From NCBI GenBank assembly GCA_043738925.1, contig JAYUFA010000138.1:1-41664 (forward strand): a stretch of 41,664 nucleotides of DNA, written 5' to 3'. Below, piece after piece: positions 8,620 to 17,475 of this stretch (within the stretch, counting starts at the first letter, position 1; each line of letters begins with the position of its first letter). The translations under genes and the position numbers were made by a program. Under the pieces are notes generated by a model that worked only from the letters and a program-made list of their open reading frames with translations, did not search any database and was not told the origin of the DNA. This stretch comes from Actinomycetota bacterium (GTDB taxonomy: Bacteria > Actinomycetota > Acidimicrobiia > Acidimicrobiales > WLNW01).

Positions 8620-9900
8620 ATGTCGTCCTCCTTCTTCGCTGACGAGCCGGATTGGTATCGAGCGGAGGCGTACGGGCAGTCCAACACCGCGACCGAACCG
8701 CCGCGCGTCCCGTCGCCGGCGACCGGCCAGGCGTTGCGTATCGCCGTCGCGCTGATTGAGCGCGACCCGTACCTGCGCGACCGCCTCGCCGCGCAGCTCG
8801 GGCAGGGTGTGAGCACCTTCAACTCGATCGATGAGCTCTCTGTGCGCCTCAACGGCACACCAGTTGTGGCCATCCTCGGACCGTCGTGCATTCAAGACGG
8901 CGTGCTGTCAGGCGTCGATCGCCTCATTCAAACCCGCAATGAGGTTGGTGCGATCCTCATTGCTCCGGAGCTGTCGACGGCCCTGTTGCAAACGGCGTTG
9001 CGTGCCGGCGTCAAGGACGTTCTCACGTTGCCGGTGACCGCCGAGCAGATCTTCGAGGCTGTCGAGCGCGTGGCGAACACGTTGAAAGCGACGCCCGTCC
9101 CGCAGTTCGTCGGGCGCCCGAACACGGAGGACTACGACCCCGGTGAGGTCGGTCAGGTCATCACCGTGTTCTCGACAAAGGGCGGTGCCGGCAAGTCGGT
9201 GATCGCCGCCAACCTCGCTGTGCTCCTCGCGCAACGTAGTGACCGGCCGGTGTGCCTCGTTGACGCCGACCTGCAGTTCGGCGATATCGCGGTGATGTTG
9301 AAGCTCGCGCCGCAGCACACGATCGTTGACACGGTTGCGTCGCTCGACCGTCTCGACGTGTCGCTGATGCAAAGCCTGTTGACGTTGCACCCGGCGTCGG
9401 GACTGCTCGTATTGGCCGCACCGCTCGAACCCGCGTTCGCCGACCAAATCGGTGCGGCCGAAATGGTGAAGATCATCGAGATCCTTCGCCGGTTCTGTTC
9501 GCACGTCGTGGTGGACACGCCCGCCTACTTCAACGACGTCGTGCTTGGTCTGATCGAGGTCAGCGACGACGTTCTGCTTGTTGCGGGCATGGACGTTCCC
9601 AACATCAAGAACGTCAAGATCGGCCTACAAACGTTGCGGCTGCTCAACACGCCGAAGGAGAAGCTGCGGCTTGTCCTCAACCGGGCGAACTCGAAGGCGA
9701 AGCTCGATGTGAGCGAAGTCGAGCGCACCTTGCAGGTCAACGCCGACGCGCTCATTCCGAGTGACGTTGTCGTACCGCAAGCCGTCAACAAAGGGGTGCC
9801 GGTCGTGCTGGCTGCGCCACGCTCGTCGGTGACGAAAGCACTCGAAGAACTCGCCGATCTGTTCTTGCCCGTTGGGGCAACCAAGCGTCGCAAGCGCTGA
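8620..9900 (+). CDS. cpaE: CpaE/TadZ-type pilus localisation ATPase (pseudo-receiver + MinD/ParA domain)
   Basis: Track ORF trimmed to ATG 8620, 2 nt after the cpaB stop. Receiver-like N-domain followed by the deviant Walker A ITVFSTKGGAGKSVIAANLA and VDADLQFGD. Confidence 0.85.
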   Translation: MSSSFFADEPDWYRAEAYGQSNTATEPPRVPSPATGQALRIAVALIERDPYLRDRLAAQLGQGVSTFNSIDELSVRLNGTPVVAILGPSCIQDGVLSGVDRLIQTRNEVGAILIAPELSTALLQTALRAGVKDVLTLPVTAEQIFEAVERVANTLKATPVPQFVGRPNTEDYDPGEVGQVITVFSTKGGAGKSVIAANLAVLLAQRSDRPVCLVDADLQFGDIAVMLKLAPQHTIVDTVASLDRLDVSLMQSLLTLHPASGLLVLAAPLEPAFADQIGAAEMVKIIEILRRFCSHVVVDTPAYFNDVVLGLIEVSDDVLLVAGMDVPNIKNVKIGLQTLRLLNTPKEKLRLVLNRANSKAKLDVSEVERTLQVNADALIPSDVVVPQAVNKGVPVVLAAPRSSVTKALEELADLFLPVGATKRRKR

Positions 9901-9983
9901 CCAGCCAAACGTCCCGTGGGTTCGCCAGACCCGCACACACGATGACCTCGGGTTTCGAAGCCTGAGGTTGGGAGCAGAGAGAG

Positions 9984-11354
9984 ATGTCGCTCTACAGACG
10001 ATTGCACGAGGTTCAACAGGCGCCGGCGAGCGGCACCTCCGCGAGCCATCGCGACCCCGTGCTCGCCGAGATGCGGCACAAGATCCATCAGCGGCTCATT
10101 GACGAGCTCGGCCCGATTCTCTACGACAACCGCATGGAAGCCGACGAGCTTCGCAAGCGAGTGCACGAGCAACTGCATGCGGCGCTCGCGCTCGAACGGG
10201 CGCCGCTGTCAGCGGCCGACAAAGCGCAGCTCATTCAGGACGTTTCCGACGACATCTTGGGATACGGCCCAATCGACAAGTTGCTCAAGGATCCCGATAT
10301 CTCGGAAATCATGTGCAACGGGCCTGACAGCGTGTACGTCGAACGCAAGGGCAAGCTCGTCAAGGACGCCACGACGTTCGTCGATGCGCAGCACCTGCGG
10401 CGCATCATCGACAAGATCGTCGGCCAAGTCGGACGTCGCATCGACGAGTCGACGCCGTTGTGCGACGCGCGTCTACCAGACGGCTCCCGCGTGAACGCCG
10501 TCATCTCGCCGCTCGCGATCGGCGGACCGTTTCTCACGATCCGCAAGTTCTCGGCAAACCCCTTGCAGATCGACGATCTCATTCGCTTCGGAACCCTCAA
10601 CGCGCACGCGGCGCGATTCATGCAGGCGTGCATCGTCGGCAAGCTGAACGTGATCGTCTCGGGTGGTACCGGCACCGGCAAGACCACCACGCTCAACGTG
10701 TTGTCGTCGTTCATTCCGAGCGACGAGCGCATCGTGACCGTTGAAGATGCAAAGGAGCTTCAGCTCCATCAGGATCACGTCCTCGCGCTCGAAACGCGGC
10801 CACCGAACATCGAAGGTCGTGGTGAAGTCACCATACGCGACCTCGTGAAGAACTCGCTGCGCATGCGACCCGACCGCATCGTCGTGGGCGAGTGTCGCTC
10901 CGGCGAAGCGCTCGACATGCTCCAGGCGATGAACACCGGCCACGACGGTTCGCTCACGACGATTCACGCGAACACGCCGCGCGACACCCTCGCCCGCCTC
11001 GAGACCCTCGTGCTCATGGCCGGCTTCGACTTGCCGGTACGCGCCATTCGCGAACAGATGTCCTCGGCTATCGACCTCATCGTTCAGGTCTCACGTCTTC
11101 GCGACGGCAGCCGCAAAATCACCCACATCACCGAAGTGCAGGGCATGGAAGGCGAGATCATCACCTTGCAGGACGTGTTCTTGTTCGACTTCAGTTCCGG
11201 TGTCGACGAGAACGGCAAGTATCGCGGCCAGTTGCGTGCGACTGGCGTGCGGCCGAAGTTCGTTGAGAAGCTCGCGGATCAGGGCATCAGGCTCGGTCCA
11301 GAGGTGTTCAACCCCAACCCCGGTGGCGTCGCGACACGCGCGCCGGGGCGGTGA
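9984..11354 (+). CDS. cpaF: CpaF/TadA secretion ATPase (type II/IV secretion NTPase)
   Basis: Walker [15 protein letters not shown], Walker B / Asp box [15 protein letters not shown] and His box [14 protein letters not shown]. Confidence 0.95.
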   Translation: MSLYRRLHEVQQAPASGTSASHRDPVLAEMRHKIHQRLIDELGPILYDNRMEADELRKRVHEQLHAALALERAPLSAADKAQLIQDVSDDILGYGPIDKLLKDPDISEIMCNGPDSVYVERKGKLVKDATTFVDAQHLRRIIDKIVGQVGRRIDESTPLCDARLPDGSRVNAVISPLAIGGPFLTIRKFSANPLQIDDLIRFGTLNAHAARFMQACIVGKLNVIVSGGTGTGKTTTLNVLSSFIPSDERIVTVEDAKELQLHQDHVLALETRPPNIEGRGEVTIRDLVKNSLRMRPDRIVVGECRSGEALDMLQAMNTGHDGSLTTIHANTPRDTLARLETLVLMAGFDLPVRAIREQMSSAIDLIVQVSRLRDGSRKITHITEVQGMEGEIITLQDVFLFDFSSGVDENGKYRGQLRATGVRPKFVEKLADQGIRLGPEVFNPNPGGVATRAPGR

Positions 11355-13303
11355 AGCACGTGCAAACCATGTCGGTGCCTGCGCCGGGCCGGGCTCGTCG
11401 TGCTCCCGGGCGTGCGCTTGCCGCATCGCTGCTGGTGGGCGTGACCCTATTCGTCGGTGGCGCTTCGGCATACGCGGACAAGCCAGCGCCGGCGCCGGGC
11501 ACGGTCGTTGCGATCGACATGTCGGGGGTCACACAATCGATCGTGCTTCGCAATCCGACGCCGCCGACGAGTGCCACGGTGATGGTCAATGGCCAGCCGG
11601 CCAAGGTGACCGGTGTGGCGCCGACGAGTGACAGCGCGGCGTCCGAGAGCGTTCTGGTCATCGACACGTCGACGACTGCCGCCACCCGCCTCCCGCGCGT
11701 GCGCGCCGCCGCGCTGCGGTTTGTCGCGGGCATCAAGCCGGGCGAGCGGGTCGCGATCGTCAGCGCCGGCGGGTTGCCGCAACTCGAAGCTGCGCTCACG
11801 AGCGACGTGACCGTGCTGAACACCGCGATCAACAACCTGAAGTCAAACGGTGCCACCGTGTTGTTCGATGGCGTAACGACATCGTCACGTCTGCTTGGGG
11901 ATCAAGCCGGTCCATTGCGGTCGGTGACGGTCCTCGCCGCGAGTGCCGATGCTGGGGCAAAGGCCGCCGGTTCGATCGCACGTGCCGACGCGCTTGACTC
12001 CGATGTCGCGGTGAACGTGATCGCGCTGACCAGCGACGATTTCTCGCCTGTTGCCGCCGGCACGTACCAACAGCTGGCGAACGACACGGCGGGCAGCTTC
12101 GACGCCACGGGCGACCCCGACCAGTTGAGTGCTCTGACGGACAAGGCCACTGCACGTCAGCGGAGCCTCTATACCGTTCGCGTTACGTCGGATCAGGCGA
12201 CTGCGGGTGGCAACATCATCGTCGATCTTGGCCAGGGTCCGATCCAGGCCGGATTTGTACCGGGTGCGCTCACGATCGGCCCGGCACTGAAGAACACCGT
12301 GGCCGCGTCCGACTCCGGCGTGAGCTTCCTGAAAGGCAGTCGCGGGATCGCCATTGCGTTGTTGCTTGGCGCGGGCGCGGCCGCGCTCGGCGCGTTCGCG
12401 CTCGGCAGCCTGCTCATCAAAGACGACAACGGTCTGAAGTCGGTCTTGCGTCCGTACACCGAGCCGGATGCCGACGCGGGCGAAGGGAGCGCGCTCGCGA
12501 AGAACGCCATCTTCCAACGCGCAGTCGAGTTGACGAGCAACCTCGCTGAGCGTCAAGGAGTTCTCGTCAAGGCGGAGAAGGCGCTGGAGCAGGCGAACCT
12601 GCCGTTGCGCGCGGCCGAAGCGTTGACGTTCTATGTCGGCATCGTGCTCGCCTCGGCGGTATTGGGATTCCTGTTTCAACGAACAGTGCTCGCAGCGTTT
12701 GTCCTCGCGGTCATCGGTGCGTTGATTCCGCCCGCAGTGCTGAGCTTCCTCGCGAAGCGGCGCCGCAAGTCGTTCATGCTTGCGCTGCCTGACATGCTCA
12801 CATTGCTCGCGGGCACACTCAAGGCCGGCTATTCGTTCATGCAGGGCGTGGAAGCGGTCTCTCGCGAAGTCGAGGACCCGATGGGTAGCGAGTTGCGGCG
12901 CGTTGTCACCGAGGCACAGCTTGGTCGTCCGCTTGAGGAAGCGCTTGAGGCATCCGCCGAACGAATGGCCAGCCCGGATTTCTCCTGGGCCGTGATGGCC
13001 GTGCGGATCCAGCGCGAGGTCGGCGGCAATCTGGCCGAACTCTTGATGACCGTCGCCGAAACAATGACCGCTCGCCAACGTCTTCGCGGCGAAGTAGCGG
13101 CGCTCACCGCCGAGGGCAAGATCTCGGCGATCGTGCTCGGCATCTTGCCTGTCGGCTTGGGTGCGGTGCTGTTTGTGCTCAACCCCGCGTACATGAACGT
13201 TCTCCTTCACGACACGCTTGGTCGCATCATGCTCGGCGTTGCCTGTGTGTCCGCGCTCGCCGGGTTTGCGTGGATGAAGAAGATCATCAACATCAACATC
13301 TGA
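11351..13303 (+). CDS. tadB: fusion protein: signal/TM + von Willebrand factor A domain + TadB (type II secretion system F) membrane domain
   Basis: The start overlaps the cpaF stop (GTGA). The N-terminus is RARRAPGRALAASLLVGVTLFVGGASAYA. The vWA-like core has a MIDAS-like VLVIDTSTT, then RVAIVSAGG and VLFDG. After a TM near aa 335-355 there is a typical TadB/GspF region (KRRRKSFMLALPDMLTLLAGTLKAGYSFMQGV...LGRPLEEAL...VMAVRIQREVGGNLAELL). Confidence 0.85.
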   Translation: MKHVQTMSVPAPGRARRAPGRALAASLLVGVTLFVGGASAYADKPAPAPGTVVAIDMSGVTQSIVLRNPTPPTSATVMVNGQPAKVTGVAPTSDSAASESVLVIDTSTTAATRLPRVRAAALRFVAGIKPGERVAIVSAGGLPQLEAALTSDVTVLNTAINNLKSNGATVLFDGVTTSSRLLGDQAGPLRSVTVLAASADAGAKAAGSIARADALDSDVAVNVIALTSDDFSPVAAGTYQQLANDTAGSFDATGDPDQLSALTDKATARQRSLYTVRVTSDQATAGGNIIVDLGQGPIQAGFVPGALTIGPALKNTVAASDSGVSFLKGSRGIAIALLLGAGAAALGAFALGSLLIKDDNGLKSVLRPYTEPDADAGEGSALAKNAIFQRAVELTSNLAERQGVLVKAEKALEQANLPLRAAEALTFYVGIVLASAVLGFLFQRTVLAAFVLAVIGALIPPAVLSFLAKRRRKSFMLALPDMLTLLAGTLKAGYSFMQGVEAVSREVEDPMGSELRRVVTEAQLGRPLEEALEASAERMASPDFSWAVMAVRIQREVGGNLAELLMTVAETMTARQRLRGEVAALTAEGKISAIVLGILPVGLGAVLFVLNPAYMNVLLHDTLGRIMLGVACVSALAGFAWMKKIININI

Positions 13304-13313
13304 GGCTGACGGC

Positions 13314-14237
13314 ATGGATCCACAAATCGCCATCATGGGTGCCGGCGCAGGCTTCGGTCTCGCGGCCTACGCCGTGCTCGCGCAGGTCGATGAACGCAAG
13401 TCGATTCGTGACTCGCTGCGCCACCTCGAGGGTTTTGAGACCGTCAACGATACGCGCGACCGGGAGCTGTTGAACCCGTTACGCGACCGCGCGGTTACTC
13501 CGTTGCTCGGCGCGATGACGCGTGTCGGCCGCAAGTACACACCGGTTGGCTACGTCGACAACGTGCGTCGCAAGTTCACGCTTGCCGGAGAGGGCACGCC
13601 CGACGCTGTCGATCGTTTTCTCGCCGTGCGCGTGGGAACGGTCGTCGCGATTCCGGTCATGTTGTGGCTGATGCTCGGACTCAACCCGTTAGGCATGGCA
13701 GGCAAGTCGCAGTGGGCGGTCACCTTGATGCTGTGCTTCGCGCTCGGGGCTGGCCCCGACGCGATGCTCAACCGCAAGGTCCAAGAGCGCCAAGGCCTCA
13801 TACTGCGCCAGCTCCCCGACATTTTGGACCTGCTCACCATCTCGGTTGAGGCGGGTCTCGGGTTCGAGCAGGCACTGGACCGCACGATTCACGCAGTGCC
13901 GGGGCCACTGACCGAGGAGTTCGCTCGCATGCTCGGCGAGACGCGCGCTGGCGCGAGCCGTAGCGAAGCGATGCGCGCGCTCGAGAGCCGCATCGACATC
14001 CCCGAGGTGCGCTCGTTCGTGTTGGCCGTGCTTCAGGCTGACACCTTCGGTATCTCGATCGGTCGTGTCATGCGTTCGCAGGCCGACGAGATGCGCGTGC
14101 GCCGTCGGCAAATGGCGCAGGAAAAGGCGATGAAGGCACCGGTGAAGATGCTCATTCCAATGGTGTTCTGCGTCTTCCCCGCGCTGTTCGTCGTGGTCAT
14201 CGGTCCCGCGATGATCAACATCAAGAACACCTTCTGA
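13314..14237 (+). CDS. tadC: TadC (type II secretion system F family) pilus platform protein
   Basis: QLPDILDLLTISVEAGLGFEQAL...AVLQADTFGISIGRVMRSQADEMRVRRRQMAQEKAMKAPVKMLIPMVFCVFPALFVV is the canonical T2SF/TadC pattern. Confidence 0.85.
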   Translation: MDPQIAIMGAGAGFGLAAYAVLAQVDERKSIRDSLRHLEGFETVNDTRDRELLNPLRDRAVTPLLGAMTRVGRKYTPVGYVDNVRRKFTLAGEGTPDAVDRFLAVRVGTVVAIPVMLWLMLGLNPLGMAGKSQWAVTLMLCFALGAGPDAMLNRKVQERQGLILRQLPDILDLLTISVEAGLGFEQALDRTIHAVPGPLTEEFARMLGETRAGASRSEAMRALESRIDIPEVRSFVLAVLQADTFGISIGRVMRSQADEMRVRRRQMAQEKAMKAPVKMLIPMVFCVFPALFVVVIGPAMINIKNTF

Positions 14238-14256
14238 AGGCCGGAGAGCGGGGCCG

Positions 14257-15816
14257 GTGACACTCACGCGGACGGATCCGACGGCCAGCGTTGTTGCGAG
14301 CCCGACGGTCGAACCGGCGAGTGCGCTGACAAACGATGAACGCACGGGTTCGCGCACGGGCTCGCTCGCAACGGTGTGCGCCGCGGTGCTCGTGCTCGTG
14401 GCGGGAATCATCGGGTCGAAGCAGCTGCACGACAACAGCTTCCTGACCCACCTGGCAACGGGGCGCTGGATCGCACACGGCAACCTTTCGCGACTTTGGA
14501 TGGGCACGAACGATCCGTATCTGTGGACCTCCGGTGGTCGTCGCTGGGTGGTACAGAGCTGGCTGGCGTCGGTCGTCTATGACGGCGCTGAACGCATCGG
14601 CGGCGCCGCGCTGATTCGATTGGTCGTCGCGGCCAGCTGCATGGCCCTTACGGCGATCTTGTGGCAGCTGAGCGTGGTCGGTCGCACGCTTGTGCCCCGA
14701 GTGATCGCGGTCGGCGCCGCTTTGGCGATCGGCGGCACAGCTTGGAGTGAACGGCCATATCTGTTTGGCCTCGTGTTCCTCGGGCTGGCCCTTCTCGCCG
14801 TCGAAGGCCGCTTGCGGCTTGGTTGGTTGGTGCCGATCGGCTGGCTGTGGGTGAACACGCACGGATCGTTCCCGCTCGGACTCGTCGCCGTCGCGACTGT
14901 TGCCGTCGGCGCGCGACTTGACGGTGACAACATCGCGCGCGAGCTGCGCGCGCTGCGCAACTTGACTCTCGGCTGTGTGCTCGGCGGCGTGTTGAGCCCC
15001 GTAGGTCCGGTGCTGTTGGCCTTTCCTCTGACGTTGCTTCGGCGCCAGGACGTGCTGGCCAACGTGCAGGAGTGGAAGTCGACGGATTTCGCGCAGAGCT
15101 GGGCCAAGGTCTTCCTGCTCGTCGTCGCGCTTTGTGTCGTGGGTCTCGTGCGGCGACCGAGCTATCGGAGCGCGATTCCCCTCGCGGTCTTCGCCGTCGC
15201 CGGTACGATGGCGGGCCGAAACGTTGTGGTGGCCTCCGTCGTTCTCGTACCGATCCTGGCGCGGGGTTTGGCCGACGTCGGCTCGCTCCGCGACGTGCGC
15301 ACGGGCGCAACACGGATGGCCACGATCGCGCTCGTCGCATTGACCCCGATTTTCGTTGTATCGAACGCGGCCGTGGGTGATTTCCAACTAGCGGCCTATC
15401 CGGTGTCGACGATGGATTGGCTCGAGGCGCGCGGGTTGCTCGACGGGTCGACCAAGATCGTTGAGCAGGATTTTGTCGGCAACTACATCGAGTGGCGCTA
15501 TGGGCCGACGGTGCCTGCGTTCATCGACGATCGGTACGACTTGCACGACCGTTCGCTTGTCCACGACTACGTCGCGTTGCAGCACGGAACGCGCGGTTGG
15601 CGTGATGTTCTCGATCATCGCAATGTCGATGTGGTTGTATGGAACCACGACGGTGTTCTCGCAGAGTTGCTTTCGCACGCCGATGGCTGGTCACTCGCGT
15701 TCGACTCGTCGATCACCGGTGGTGTCAGCGGCGCGGTGGACGACGCAACGAAGGCGCCGGCAGGCGTGTCCTACGTCGTGTATTGCCGCGTCGGCGTGTC
15801 GCGCTGCTTTGGCTAG
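14257..15816 (+). CDS. large polytopic membrane protein with C-terminal soluble domain, possibly GT-C-like; family not recognised
   Basis: Starts 20 nt after tadC on the same strand. I count about 10-12 hydrophobic segments. The first loop reads HDNSFLTHLATGRWI...NDPYLWTSGGRRWVVQSWL. A roughly 150-aa C-terminal non-membrane domain follows (YPVSTMDWLEARGL...FIDDRYDLHD...VDVVVWNHD). High GC3 supports coding. Confidence 0.6.
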   Translation: MTLTRTDPTASVVASPTVEPASALTNDERTGSRTGSLATVCAAVLVLVAGIIGSKQLHDNSFLTHLATGRWIAHGNLSRLWMGTNDPYLWTSGGRRWVVQSWLASVVYDGAERIGGAALIRLVVAASCMALTAILWQLSVVGRTLVPRVIAVGAALAIGGTAWSERPYLFGLVFLGLALLAVEGRLRLGWLVPIGWLWVNTHGSFPLGLVAVATVAVGARLDGDNIARELRALRNLTLGCVLGGVLSPVGPVLLAFPLTLLRRQDVLANVQEWKSTDFAQSWAKVFLLVVALCVVGLVRRPSYRSAIPLAVFAVAGTMAGRNVVVASVVLVPILARGLADVGSLRDVRTGATRMATIALVALTPIFVVSNAAVGDFQLAAYPVSTMDWLEARGLLDGSTKIVEQDFVGNYIEWRYGPTVPAFIDDRYDLHDRSLVHDYVALQHGTRGWRDVLDHRNVDVVVWNHDGVLAELLSHADGWSLAFDSSITGGVSGAVDDATKAPAGVSYVVYCRVGVSRCFG

Positions 15817-15922
15817 GTCGTCGGAACTCACGCGGTTTCCCTCATGAACCGTCGATATGGGACCGATGGACTAGTGGGCTCGCGGTCGCGGCTTTCGAAT
15901 GTCGAAGTGGCAGAGGTTGATC

Positions 15923-16570
15923 ATGACAATCCGGTTGATGCTCGCTGACGACCATCGCATGTTGCGCGAGGGTCTCGGTCGGTCCATGCGAGAGCAGGGC
16001 TTCGATGTGGTGGGCGAGGCGAGCGACGGCGCCGAAGCAGTGTTGATGGCTCAGCGCCTACGGCCGGATGTGATCCTGATGGACGTCACGATGCCCGAGA
16101 TGGACGGCGTCGAGGCGTGTCGCCAGGTGCGCGCGGACTTGCCGGCCACTCAGGTGGTGATGCTCACGATGCACGCCGATCAAGAAGTGCTCGCCTCGGC
16201 GATTCGCGCGGGCGCGAGCGGCTATCTCGTCAAGGACTGTTCGACCGAGGAGATCGCCTCAGCGGTGCGAATGGCTGCGAGCGGCGAGACGGCCTTGTCG
16301 CCACAGCTCGCGGCGTCGATGCTCAACGAGGTACGGAAGTGGGACAAGGCTGCGGCGGCCGAAGAGGAACGCGTCGTGACCAAGCGTGAAGAAGAAGTGC
16401 TGCAGCTCATCGCCGACGGATGTTCGACGCCCGAGGTTGCCGCGAAGCTCTATATCAGCCAGAAGACGGTCAAGAACCATCTGGCTTCGATCTATCAGAA
16501 GCTCGACGCTCGCGACCGCACGCAAGCCGTGCTGCAAGCAGTTCGCATGGGCATCGTGCACCTCGACTGA
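15923..16570 (+). CDS. NarL/FixJ (LuxR-type HTH) response regulator
   Basis: Track ORF trimmed to ATG 15923, with GAGG 8-11 nt upstream. Receiver motifs (LMLADDHRML, DVILMDVTMPEMDG, MLTMH, YLVKD) and a LuxR HTH (TKREEEVLQLIADGCSTPEVAAKLYISQKTVKNHLASIYQKLD). Confidence 0.9.
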   Translation: MTIRLMLADDHRMLREGLGRSMREQGFDVVGEASDGAEAVLMAQRLRPDVILMDVTMPEMDGVEACRQVRADLPATQVVMLTMHADQEVLASAIRAGASGYLVKDCSTEEIASAVRMAASGETALSPQLAASMLNEVRKWDKAAAAEEERVVTKREEEVLQLIADGCSTPEVAAKLYISQKTVKNHLASIYQKLDARDRTQAVLQAVRMGIVHLD

Positions 16571-16743
16571 TGACCTCGACTGCGCGGTCATATCGCCCGC
16601 GCAGACGACCCGATAGGCGAGGCGACCGGCGGTTCGACGTGAACGATTCGTCCGACCTATTTGGCCGCGCTGCTCGCACGTCGAAAGAACATGTAGTTCG
16701 GTAGCCGCCGTGGCCGCCGGGAACACATGGGAGCCACTCCGTC

Positions 16744-16929
16744 ATGATCACCCCCGTCCGTTTCTTCACCGCCTGGGTCGCCGCACACGTCAAGAGCGAG
16801 CGTGGCGCTTCGCTCGTCGAGTACGCGCTGCTTGTTGCCCTCATCGCTGTGGTGTGCATCGCCGCCGTGACCACGCTCGGCAAGAACGCGTCGAGCAAGT
16901 TCAACTCGGTTGGTTCGTCGATCGCCTGA
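16744..16929 (+). CDS. flp: Flp/Fap family type IVb pilin, copy 1 (61 aa)
   Basis: Leader MITPVRFFTAWVAAHVKSERG, then the Flp processing motif G/ASLVEYALLVALIAVV and a short Ser-rich tail KNASSKFNSVGSSIA. GGGAG lies upstream. Confidence 0.9.
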   Translation: MITPVRFFTAWVAAHVKSERGASLVEYALLVALIAVVCIAAVTTLGKNASSKFNSVGSSIA

Positions 16930-16953
16930 GCGACGCCTCCGATCTTGCGTTCC

Positions 16954-16993
16954 GAGTGGGGCGGGCCTATGGGCTCGCCCCACTCGTCGTTTT
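16954..16993 (+). terminator. rho-independent terminator after flp copy 1
   Basis: Perfect 10-bp stem gagtggggcg / cgccccactc with a 12-nt loop, followed by gtcgtttt. Confidence 0.7.
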
Positions 16994-17127
16994 GGGGCGA
17001 TTCGTGCCCGATCCAAATGATCTGGATTGCCTATCTCCCTCACGGCTTCCGATGTCGATCCCTCTAGCAACAACAACCCGGGGCATCGATGGCGACGCAC
17101 CGGACCAACCGTAGGAGTCCAACTGCC

Positions 17128-17313
17128 ATGATCACCCCGATCCGTTTCTTCACCGCTTGGGTCGCCGCACACGTCAAGAGCGAGCGTGGCGCATCCCTCG
17201 TCGAGTACGCGCTGCTCGTCGCCCTCATCGCTGTGGTGTGCATCGCCGCCGTGACCACGCTCGGCAAGAACGCGTCGAGCAAGTTCAACTCCGTGGGCTC
17301 TTCGCTCGCCTAG
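17128..17313 (+). CDS. flp: Flp/Fap family type IVb pilin, copy 2 (61 aa)
   Basis: Track ORF trimmed to ATG 17128, with AGGAG 9-13 nt upstream. The protein is identical to copy 1 except V5I and I60L. Confidence 0.9.
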   Translation: MITPIRFFTAWVAAHVKSERGASLVEYALLVALIAVVCIAAVTTLGKNASSKFNSVGSSLA

Positions 17314-17323
17314 TCGATTCAGC

Positions 17324-17362
17324 GGTCTCTGCGGCGGGGCGATCACCCACGCCGCAGAGACC
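17324..17362 (+). terminator. strong hairpin after flp copy 2 (terminator-like, no U-tract)
   Basis: Perfect 13-bp stem ggtctctgcggcg / cgccgcagagacc with a 13-nt loop. No T-run follows. Confidence 0.45.
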
Positions 17363-17475
17363 GCACCATCGTCGATAGCTCTCGCCCGCGTGGCTGCCAC
17401 CTATTCGTGCCGGTGCCTCATGGCAATGCCGGCCATCGCACTCGAGCAAAACCATCTCATCCGGGAGTCCACCCG

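Larger units (their letters stand above)
16744..17313 (+). repeat. tandem duplication of the flp coding sequence (two 186-nt copies, 198-nt spacer)
   Basis: By eye, 14 differences in 186 nt including the stop codon. Only 2 are non-synonymous (V5I, I60L). The flanking non-coding sequence is unrelated. Confidence 0.85.

Noticed and set aside
11885-13336. 483-aa ORF antisense to the vWA-tadB gene
   Set aside because: Arg/His/Glu-rich composition and no family signature. The + frame carries clear TadB motifs and high GC3.
14221-15387. 388-aa ORF antisense to the 519-aa membrane protein gene
   Set aside because: Its extremely Arg/His/Asp-rich composition is incompatible with a real protein. The + frame encodes coherent TM helices.
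16625-16645. GGTTCGA-like string upstream of flp1, considered as a tRNA T-arm
   Set aside because: There is no complementary acceptor stem, D-arm or anticodon arm around it. No intergenic region in the window folds into a tRNA by eye.
16657-17400. 247-aa minus-strand ORF with an internal repeat spanning both flp copies
   Set aside because: The repeat (ELARRVLAERGHGGDAHHSDEG...) is simply the antisense image of the duplicated flp CDS. The + strand pilins have RBSs, processing motifs and terminators.
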